Virus record (IMG/VR): IMGVR_UViG_3300021138_000007
Coordinates: 1-64,000 of that record
Length of the DNA stretch: 64,000 nt
Direction: 5' to 3' (one strand)
Source of the DNA: a virus
Part shown: piece after piece, positions 46,590-54,636 of the stretch
Layout: the number at the start of each line of letters is the position of its first letter
Position numbering within the stretch: position 1 is the first letter of the stretch
The notes under the pieces: model-generated
Databases searched by the model: none
What the model was told of the DNA's origin: nothing
The model's input: the letters and a program-made list of their open reading frames with translations, nothing else
Translations under genes and position numbers: made by a program

Positions 46590-47569
46590 AAATACATGGT
46601 GTCTTTTAATCGTTCTAATTCACGTTCAAACTCTTCTTGAGTACAATTATACAAATTTGAATCATATATACAATTGGATGATGTGCCATTAAGAATTCTC
46701 TCAATGATTAATCTTTGAATATCTGTTAAATCGTGTGCCAATAATTTGTCCACACTAGTTTCTTCGCTTGTGTTATCATATAAATTGGTCTCTTCATCAT
46801 CAGAATCTTGAGAATAAACACTTAAAGGACGAGAACTTAAAGTAACATAATTAGGATACATTTCCTGGAATCTATCGAAAAGATAAGTACTGTGTTTAGA
46901 TAATAAATGTTTTTTAAGATTATTTGTGATTGTGTTTTGTTTACATTCATCACATGAATTATCTAAATTATGATCACAATGAAATGATTTAGGAGTTTTG
47001 TAAGAAATACAGAATGGACATTGAGTTAAAGTTTCTAAATCATATCCAAATTTAGACATTTGTTCCCATAAGAGATCAGAATGGTTTGTAAGTAAATGAG
47101 TCGAGAGAGGATTGCACCAGGCTTCACAAATTGGGCATTTGGAAGATAAATTTCTTTTGCCGCTGGCATCAGCTTTTACCATATTGGTATATTTATTAGC
47201 GAGACAAGACCAAAAATAATTTTTAAATTCACCACTCCCTCCATATTTGCTTTCAGGTCTAACATTTCTGGGTTTCCATGATGTTAAAGCAGTGCAAAAG
47301 ATAAATAAGAAATCCTGGACAAAATCTTCCCTTGTGTCGTACAAATAACGATATTGAAACCATTTTTGTACCCAATTAAGAGGTTGATATAAACGACAAA
47401 CACGCTCGTAAGCAACACTGATATTGGCTTTGTTATTTTCATTAATTGCTTTTTGATAGGCAATAATGGCATCTTCAAGTTGCTTTTGATTTTCAAGCGT
47501 TTCCTGCAAATCAGATATTTTATTATTGCGATTTTTCTTTAATCGCGTGACTTTATTCTTTTCAGGCAT
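46571..47569 (-). CDS. Sigma-factor-like protein with inserted C2H2 zinc fingers
   Basis: Region-2-like REDFVQD..ALTSW..GEFKNYFWSCLAN; CPIC..HLLTNH and CPFC..HLLSKH; region-4-like LTDIQRLIIE. Confidence 0.55.
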   Translation of the reverse strand: MPEKNKVTRLKKNRNNKISDLQETLENQKQLEDAIIAYQKAINENNKANISVAYERVCRLYQPLNWVQKWFQYRYLYDTREDFVQDFLFIFCTALTSWKPRNVRPESKYGGSGEFKNYFWSCLANKYTNMVKADASGKRNLSSKCPICEAWCNPLSTHLLTNHSDLLWEQMSKFGYDLETLTQCPFCISYKTPKSFHCDHNLDNSCDECKQNTITNNLKKHLLSKHSTYLFDRFQEMYPNYVTLSSRPLSVYSQDSDDEETNLYDNTSEETSVDKLLAHDLTDIQRLIIERILNGTSSNCIYDSNLYNCTQEEFERELERLKDTMYLCGLEG

Positions 47570-47708
47570 TAACTTTCCTCATATATAATTGTGAGGTATT
47601 AATACATTATTAAACTAATGGCATATAAAGAAAGTTGTGTGTCAATTGACGATATTTTATTGAAGTTGTAAGTTTAAAACAGTACTATTACCTTAATGAT
47701 AAATGGCG

Positions 47709-47756
47709 AAACACTTGATCTCACCACTAATATTATTATGGTAAGATCAAGTGTTT
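47709..47756. terminator. Hairpin after recJ
   Basis: AAACACTTGATCT/AGATCAAGTGTTT arms. Confidence 0.55.
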
Positions 47757-47789
47757 ATTGTTAATCTATTTAAGTTATTTTTTAATAAT

Positions 47790-49616
47790 TTAGTCTAATA
47801 TTTTAATATCTTCTAAAGTCATTGATAAATTCACTTGATTCCTAAATGTATCCATATTTAACGTGTATACTACACTTACTTTAGTTCCGATTGGATATAG
47901 ATCAATATCCGCGCCTTTACGCCATGCTAATGCATTGATCCATTTAACATCTTTTAAATCACCATGAACATCTTTTACATCATAAGCGTCTGCTAGACGT
48001 AATTTTAAATGTTTACCATCTGAAAGTGTTTCAGATTTGATAACAATCAAGTTTTCTGTTAAATATAAAGGATTCTCATGCATTGCACCAAAAGGAGCTA
48101 ACTTACTAATTGCATCATAAAATTTAACATTGATATCCGAGAAAGAAACTAATGCATCAATGTTTATAATGCGCTCTGGTACTGCATGTTGTCCTGCGGC
48201 ATAAGTGTTTAATGCTTTGCGCAGTTTATCCATGTTTTCAGCAGGTAAAGTAAATCCAGCAGCAAAAGCGTGACCGCCACAAACAACGGAACCATCATCG
48301 CGCTTTAAAAAACAATCCCAAACTTCAGGTGATTGTAAAGCTTGAAGAATATTGAATGTTTTAACACTACGACAGCTTCCTTTAGCTAATCCAGTCTCTT
48401 CATCAATAGAACAAACTAAAGCTGGACGAGAAAATTTTTCTGCAAGCTTTCCAGCAACCAATCCAATTAGTCCAGGATGCCAACCTTTAGCTCCAACTAC
48501 AATAATGTATTCATTATCTAAATCATAAGTTTTTTCAACTAAAGCAATAGCTTCGGCAGTAACTTGTTCTTGCTGACTTTGGCGTCTTCTGTTTGCTGTA
48601 TCTAATTGTAATGCCTTAGCTTTTGCTCTACCCTCATTAGTTTCAATTAATAAATCAAGAGCAACTCCAGCGTCATCTAAACGCCCTATCGCGTTGATAC
48701 GAGGTCCTAATTGAAAACCAATATTCATAGTCGAAACGCCCTTTTGAACGTCTGCAACTTTAAGTAATTCTTGAATACCTGGTTTACTGGTATTTGAAAG
48801 AGCTTGACATCCTAAATGAACTAAAACACGATTTTCGTCCAACATTGGAGCCACGTCAGCTACAGTGCCGAGTGCTACATATTCTATTAAATCATGGAAA
48901 AGTTCTTTGACATTAAGTCCTCTTCTTTGCCCTAGCGCCATCATAACTTTAAAAGCAATACCAACTCCAGCTAAATCATCAAATGGATATCGTTGAAAAT
49001 CTTCTGTGGCATATTCTGCAAAATGTTCACCAGGATATTTAGGATCATCTCTATTAGGATTTACCACACCAATACAGTCAGGTATTTTGCCATCTATAGT
49101 AGGATGGTGGTGATCTGTAATAATCAAATCTAATCCATGTTTTTTAGCATATTCTGCCGCTTCAAAAGCAACAATTCCGCAGTCAACGCTCATAAGCAAA
49201 TCTGCGCCAGCTTCTAATGCTTTTTCAACGCTTTTAACCTTAATATCATAACCGTCTTTGATTCTATGAGGAGCGTGATATGCAAAATTTGCACCGAGTT
49301 TTCTTAACGCTGTTACGACAACACTGGTTGCTGTAACACCATCTACGTCATAGTCACCCCAGACAAAAATCTTTTCATTATTATCTAAAGCTTTCTCAAG
49401 TCTATTAATAACTGGTTTAATATCTGGCAATAACCAAGGATTATGTAACTTTGACATAGTTAATTTGACAAAATCATTATAATCCTCAACTGTACGTATA
49501 TTTCTATTAATGTAGACTTTAGCGGCTGACAATGGTATACGTAAATCATCAGCTAAATCTGCCGCTTCATCTCTTGATATTTTTTTAAGATTCCAAATTG
49601 TTTTTATTTCTTGCAT
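47790..49616 (-). CDS. recJ: ssDNA exonuclease RecJ
   Basis: GDYDVDG, VDCG, TDHH, GTVADV, GPRINAIGR, GSCRS, GGHAFAAG, PFG. Confidence 0.97.
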   Translation of the reverse strand: MQEIKTIWNLKKISRDEAADLADDLRIPLSAAKVYINRNIRTVEDYNDFVKLTMSKLHNPWLLPDIKPVINRLEKALDNNEKIFVWGDYDVDGVTATSVVVTALRKLGANFAYHAPHRIKDGYDIKVKSVEKALEAGADLLMSVDCGIVAFEAAEYAKKHGLDLIITDHHHPTIDGKIPDCIGVVNPNRDDPKYPGEHFAEYATEDFQRYPFDDLAGVGIAFKVMMALGQRRGLNVKELFHDLIEYVALGTVADVAPMLDENRVLVHLGCQALSNTSKPGIQELLKVADVQKGVSTMNIGFQLGPRINAIGRLDDAGVALDLLIETNEGRAKAKALQLDTANRRRQSQQEQVTAEAIALVEKTYDLDNEYIIVVGAKGWHPGLIGLVAGKLAEKFSRPALVCSIDEETGLAKGSCRSVKTFNILQALQSPEVWDCFLKRDDGSVVCGGHAFAAGFTLPAENMDKLRKALNTYAAGQHAVPERIINIDALVSFSDINVKFYDAISKLAPFGAMHENPLYLTENLIVIKSETLSDGKHLKLRLADAYDVKDVHGDLKDVKWINALAWRKGADIDLYPIGTKVSVVYTLNMDTFRNQVNLSMTLEDIKILD

Positions 49617-49619
49617 TTA

Positions 49620-50078
49620 TTATTCCTTATCAGGCAAGTAAATATACTCAATACCTGATGTTTTTAATATTTCAAAACTGTAATCGTTTTCAATAGGAGT
49701 TAAACTGATTACTTTTATGACTCCTGCTCCAGCAATTATTCTCGCGCATGTATGGCATGGGCGATGTGTGGTATAAATAACAGAATCTATTGTACTAACA
49801 CCCGCTCTAGCCGCTTGAATAATTAAATTTTGTTCTGCGTGTATAGTTCGAATACATCGTCCAGTTTCTTCCTCAATAAGACAACCTGCGTCTACGCAAT
49901 GAGGATGACCAGGAGGAGAACCATTGTATCCAGTTGCTAAAATTCTGCAATCTTTAACAAGAAGTGCTCCTACTTTTCGAGAAGAACACGTTGCTCTTGA
50001 CGCAATATGTTTAGCACATTGCATAAAATAATCATCCCAAGATAATCTATCCATTGTCTTCCTCGTCTGATAAATCAT
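49620..50078 (-). CDS. dCMP deaminase (ComEB-like)
   Basis: WDDYFM, TGYNG, HAEQN, PCHTC. Confidence 0.93.
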   Translation of the reverse strand: MIYQTRKTMDRLSWDDYFMQCAKHIASRATCSSRKVGALLVKDCRILATGYNGSPPGHPHCVDAGCLIEEETGRCIRTIHAEQNLIIQAARAGVSTIDSVIYTTHRPCHTCARIIAGAGVIKVISLTPIENDYSFEILKTSGIEYIYLPDKE

Positions 50079-50373
50079 TTATGTATTTTACTAAACCGTT
50101 AATTTCAGCATCACTCACAGGTGGTTTTAATGTTTCAAAATCAAATTTTGCGAAGTAAAAGGGGATATTTATTGACTTTACTTCTGCGTACCAAGATTCA
50201 AATGATTCATCGGAAGGATAAACAGTTAATTCTTTTTTTCTCACATCAAATGTTAATGTTAAAACAAAATATGTCCATCCCAAACAATCATAAAACTCAT
50301 AATATCCAACTAACCAATTTCCATCTCCCTCTTTCCCAGAGGGAGGCGTTTTAGTCCAAGTTAAATCCATCAT
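50047..50373 (-). CDS. Hypothetical protein
   Basis: 108-aa ORF overlapping both neighbours. Confidence 0.55.
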   Translation of the reverse strand: MMDLTWTKTPPSGKEGDGNWLVGYYEFYDCLGWTYFVLTLTFDVRKKELTVYPSDESFESWYAEVKSINIPFYFAKFDFETLKPPVSDAEINGLVKYINDLSDEEDNG

Positions 50374-51179
50374 GCCACCTTAATTTTTAATTCCTCTGTA
50401 TTGTCAACAATCATTTGTTCAATACCCAATCTTAATTGTTTACTGCCATATTTCAAAACAAATTCATCTGGATCATATCCTTTAGGCAAATACACCACAT
50501 GCAATTTCAAATCGGCTTCTTCGATGATAGGTTTTGATCTTATTACAGCCTGTTCACCCGCATCATCTGCATCTAACATTAAAACAACATGATCACAATA
50601 GCGCTTAATTAAAGCCACATGATATTGAGATAATGCTGTGCCACAAATTGCGGCAGTATTACCCATATTTTTAGATGAAAGCACCAATGCGTCTAAGTAT
50701 CCTTCTACTAGATTGATATAATTACGTTTTCGAATTATTTCTTTACCTTCATATAGATTAAAAAGATGTCTTTGTTTAGGATATGGTTCATTAATCCATT
50801 TGCCTTTATTCCATTTATCAATTTTGTCTTTTGCTTGTGCTGGTTCATGTCCGAATGCATCCCATAAAGCATTATGTGTTAATTCTTGCATAGCTTCATA
50901 CTTTCTGCCAGCAAATGCGATAATTGTTCCGTGTACATCTCTAATAGGCACTATAATACGTCCTTTTAATAAGGGGAACCAATGTCTTGAATAAGGAGGG
51001 CAAAAACCCATTCTTCCTTGTTCAATTAATTCTTTTTTGATTCCGCGTTCATTAACGTATTCTAATGCTTTTTCATTGCTCAACAATTCTCTGGAGAATT
51101 GTTGAGATATTTGTTCTCCAGTTAATAGAGTAGGAGAAGCTTTAGGATCAATAACAGTCATATATGTATTATCGTGCAA
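50370..51179 (-). CDS. dnaG: DNA primase catalytic (TOPRIM) part lacking the zinc-binding domain
   Basis: GRIIVPIRD..FAGR, KWIN, LVEGYLD, GTAL, LDADDAG, DPDE. Confidence 0.92.
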   Translation of the reverse strand: MHDNTYMTVIDPKASPTLLTGEQISQQFSRELLSNEKALEYVNERGIKKELIEQGRMGFCPPYSRHWFPLLKGRIIVPIRDVHGTIIAFAGRKYEAMQELTHNALWDAFGHEPAQAKDKIDKWNKGKWINEPYPKQRHLFNLYEGKEIIRKRNYINLVEGYLDALVLSSKNMGNTAAICGTALSQYHVALIKRYCDHVVLMLDADDAGEQAVIRSKPIIEEADLKLHVVYLPKGYDPDEFVLKYGSKQLRLGIEQMIVDNTEELKIKVA

Positions 51180-51245
51180 TTATTATCAAAAAAGATGTCT
51201 ATTTTTCAATAAACATCTTTTTTGAAAGACTATTTGAAAAGTATT

Positions 51246-52553
51246 TTACTCTTCATCTTCATCTTCGATTTCTTGTTGATCTTGTTCTTCTTGATACTGC
51301 ATAATCACTTCGTCTGGAATTTCATATTCATCATCCACTTCTGGAGTATAAATCTTTTCAGAAGGATTATTCAAAGCATTATTAATGGCATCGACTGCCA
51401 TTGGAGTAAGCTTAAGCCTATTGCAAATCCATTCAAACGCTGTATCAGCTTTAACTCCCCTTGGCATTTTCAAAGGAGCAGGTTCTTTCTGCAACATTTC
51501 AATAAATTCAATAGCATCCTTAGATTCAAGAACTTCTCCAGTATCATCGTTAACATACTTAAATACTTTGCGAGTTTCTTTAATAAATTCTTTAGGTTTG
51601 CTATTTTTAGCTTTAAACATAAATTCATCAATAGGATTAGATTCTGCCTTACCAAACATAATAGGAAATTCGCACTTCAGACCTGGAGTGCCATATCTTG
51701 TTTTCATAACAAGCAGTTTTGACTTTCCACCAATGACTTCTTCTTTACCTTCATCATTTTTTCTCACAATTAAGCCTTCTTTGCCACCAATTTTATTGAT
51801 CCAAAGTCTCATGTGCGTAAAGTAATTAATAGAATTACCGCCAGAACTACCTAATTGGAATGTTCCTTTTTGCTTACCAGAACTAATATATAGCTGATTG
51901 ATATAAACACAAATCGTCCCAGCTTTAGCGCATTCAGCAACTAAACGACTAGACAAACGTTTCATGAATCTTGCGTGAATACCAATAGTTTGAGCATCGC
52001 CCAATGTTTTTACATATTCTTCTGATGGAATTAATGCTGTGATAGAGTCTACTACAACAACATCATATAAACCACTAGATACAACAAATTTAATCATTTC
52101 ACCATATTGCTCTGCTGTAGCAATATTTTCAAATAGTGTGAAAAGATTAGGATCATAGATTTTTACGCCCAAACTTTCTGCGCGTGGAGGATAAAATGAG
52201 TTTTCAATATTAAAAAAGCAAGCTCGTTTTCCTTCTGCATTTGCTTGTGCCATTAATTTATAGGCAAGATAAGTTTTACCCGACTGAGATTCTCCACAAA
52301 ACTCAATAAGTGTGCCTTTAGGAATGCCCATGCCTTCACCAAGTACAGCATCTACTTCCATTTGTCCTGTAGATAAGAATTCAACTGGGATATATCCACC
52401 GCCCATCTTTAAACAATTTTTATCTATGTTTAAAGATTTCATCTTTGCTTCCATGTTTTTTACAAAATCAAGGAATTGCGATTGGCTTGTATCTTTATCT
52501 GCCTTGGGTTTTTCTGATTTTTTACCTTTATCGTCTTTTGCCATTATATTCAC
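51246..52553 (-). CDS. recA: RecA/UvsX-like recombinase
   Basis: LSTG..D..LG..GIPKG, Walker A GESQSGKT, VVVDSITAL, INQL, SSGG. Confidence 0.9.
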   Translation of the reverse strand: MNIMAKDDKGKKSEKPKADKDTSQSQFLDFVKNMEAKMKSLNIDKNCLKMGGGYIPVEFLSTGQMEVDAVLGEGMGIPKGTLIEFCGESQSGKTYLAYKLMAQANAEGKRACFFNIENSFYPPRAESLGVKIYDPNLFTLFENIATAEQYGEMIKFVVSSGLYDVVVVDSITALIPSEEYVKTLGDAQTIGIHARFMKRLSSRLVAECAKAGTICVYINQLYISSGKQKGTFQLGSSGGNSINYFTHMRLWINKIGGKEGLIVRKNDEGKEEVIGGKSKLLVMKTRYGTPGLKCEFPIMFGKAESNPIDEFMFKAKNSKPKEFIKETRKVFKYVNDDTGEVLESKDAIEFIEMLQKEPAPLKMPRGVKADTAFEWICNRLKLTPMAVDAINNALNNPSEKIYTPEVDDEYEIPDEVIMQYQEEQDQQEIEDEDEE

Positions 52554-52569
52554 CTAAATTTAGAATGTT

Positions 52570-52601
52570 AAAAGTATAGCCAGAATTCTGGCTATACTTT
52601 T
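52570..52601. terminator. 32-bp perfect palindrome, probable terminator
   Basis: AAAAGTATAGCCAGAATTCTGGCTATACTTTT. Confidence 0.7.
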
Positions 52602-52610
52602 GTTTAGAGA

Positions 52611-53615
52611 TTAACCCCAGACTTCATCTTCTTCACTGCTTTCTTCGCTGAAAGGATTAGACTCCTCTGCTACTGTCGCAGTTTTAGCTTTAGCCTTTGC
52701 AGGCTTAGATGCTACTGGTGCTACGGTGGATTCGCTATCTTCGTCTTCGTCAGCATTAGCAGTAATAGTCATTTCATGTGACTTTGTGCTTTCTTCTGTG
52801 GTTCGGATTGGTGCGAACTTATAGATGCGCGATAATGGGTATCCATAGGTGTAGAAATCTTCCCAATCTGGGAATGGAGTATCTGCGAGATTGTACTCTG
52901 CGTCTTTACGAAGTTTAGCATCTTCTGCTTTTTCAGCAAGATATTCGCTTCGCTTTTCTTCCAATTCTTCTGGCTTAGGCTCATTGATTTTTCGGAACAT
53001 CTCAATTTCTTCATCTGTTAATCGAGTTTTCTTGTTCTTAATATTTACTTCATACTCAACCTTGCCGATCTTTTTGTCATTGTACTTAGCAATGATTTCA
53101 ATTTCATGTGCATATCGTCCGCCCATAAATGTGATAAGCTTATCGCTATCATCATACTTTTCCTTAACATTTTCGCGGTGGTTGGCAAGCTCTGCCTTGG
53201 TAATTTCTTTAAAAATAGAACTACCCTTCTTGAGAATCTTAGGTACAGAAGTACCGTCAGGAAGTCTTAAAAGACAATTTTGAGCGTACTGAGGATTAGG
53301 TCGATAACCCAATGCATACCAAGGACATTCGTCCTTGTTCTTTAAACCAACACGAGTGAGCGACTTATTAAGCTCTGCATCTGGGAAAGGAACAGCGGTT
53401 GGAGTTGTTTTGCCATCTTTATTAGGATCGGGCAATTCTTGAAGATTGTTATATTCAACAAAATCAATAGGAAAACCAACAAGGCGAATCGTAACTTCTT
53501 TAGTTTCTCCCTTGCCTACTTTAAGATCAAGTAGAGAATCTTTGAGAGATGTGCGATTGTTGTTTGAATTAGTTCGTTCTTGAACTGATTTGGGTGTAAC
53601 TGTACGTATTGACAT
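52611..53615 (-). CDS. Probable single-stranded DNA-binding protein (gp32-like position and tail)
   Basis: Next to recA; acidic C-terminus SEESSEEDEVWG; strong RBS AAGGAG. Confidence 0.6.
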   Translation of the reverse strand: MSIRTVTPKSVQERTNSNNNRTSLKDSLLDLKVGKGETKEVTIRLVGFPIDFVEYNNLQELPDPNKDGKTTPTAVPFPDAELNKSLTRVGLKNKDECPWYALGYRPNPQYAQNCLLRLPDGTSVPKILKKGSSIFKEITKAELANHRENVKEKYDDSDKLITFMGGRYAHEIEIIAKYNDKKIGKVEYEVNIKNKKTRLTDEEIEMFRKINEPKPEELEEKRSEYLAEKAEDAKLRKDAEYNLADTPFPDWEDFYTYGYPLSRIYKFAPIRTTEESTKSHEMTITANADEDEDSESTVAPVASKPAKAKAKTATVAEESNPFSEESSEEDEVWG

Positions 53616-53784
53616 ATATTTCTCCTTTGAGTCAGTAATTGATTATAACGCTATCTGATTTTTGGAATCAATTGATTCTACAGACTTTGCATTTTTCGAT
53701 TACTCTGGACTAATTATCGTGCTTTTTTCTAAATTTCATTACTGATTTTTAGAATATGTGAATTTTTTACTTCACATTATTATT

Positions 53785-53809
53785 TTCTACAAATGAATAG
53801 TTTTATCCT
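53785..53809 (-). promoter_or_regulatory. Phage promoter AGGA-N17-AGAA embedded in an inverted repeat
   Basis: TAAAGGA taaaactattcatttgt AGAA, within IR 53779-53829. Confidence 0.6.
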
Positions 53810-53862
53810 TTACATTTGTAGAAAATAATTAATATTATTATGGAAATATTTTCCATAAATTG

Positions 53863-54636
53863 TTAAACTAAATTACGAGTTTTGATTTTTATTTCGGGTT
53901 TTTTATTAAAACCAACAGATTTATTTCTGTTAAATCCAACATCGACATATTTATCATCTTTTGACTTTTCGTATTCATCATCTAACATACGATTATAAGA
54001 TACTGCATTTCCAATATTAACATCATTATTGTTAATTTTTGCTATATTATGTCTTTCATACATCAGACTTTTCATATTTTCAGATGCAAAAGTTAAGCTG
54101 GATTTACATTCAATTAAATACTTTAATTGCGCTTTTGCATTTGTTGCTAACGCAAGCCATGTAAATACCATAAATGAAGCATTTGCATCTTTATCACCCT
54201 TTGTTCCAGTATAAAGTTTATGGGCCATTTCTTTAAGCGATTTATGTGCTTCATTTAAGAATTCACTTCTTCTATATGCAATATCAATCAATGTAGTTAA
54301 TCGGAAATTATATGCTATCAATCTTGAATAAGTTTCAGCAATGTCTTCATATTCTGTATTAACTTCACTTGGAATTGAAAAATCCCAAGAAGAAATCTCA
54401 GCTTCAATTTGATCTCTCTCAAATGTGGGCATCATTTCATATATATTTTGACACATTTTAACACATTCTACATATTCTTCTTTTGTTATGCCTTTTAATC
54501 TATTTTTGGCTTCTGATGTAAAATCATATGTACTGCCATATAAATCTAATGGCTCTATTTCAATTTTAGGCTCTTCAAGAATGTCTTGAGATTGATCAAT
54601 CTCAAGACATTCTTCTTCTAATTCTTCATCTAACAT
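53863..54636 (-). CDS. Hypothetical helical protein in the replication cluster
   Basis: 257-aa ORF abutting dnaE. Confidence 0.6.
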   Translation of the reverse strand: MLDEELEEECLEIDQSQDILEEPKIEIEPLDLYGSTYDFTSEAKNRLKGITKEEYVECVKMCQNIYEMMPTFERDQIEAEISSWDFSIPSEVNTEYEDIAETYSRLIAYNFRLTTLIDIAYRRSEFLNEAHKSLKEMAHKLYTGTKGDKDANASFMVFTWLALATNAKAQLKYLIECKSSLTFASENMKSLMYERHNIAKINNNDVNIGNAVSYNRMLDDEYEKSKDDKYVDVGFNRNKSVGFNKKPEIKIKTRNLV

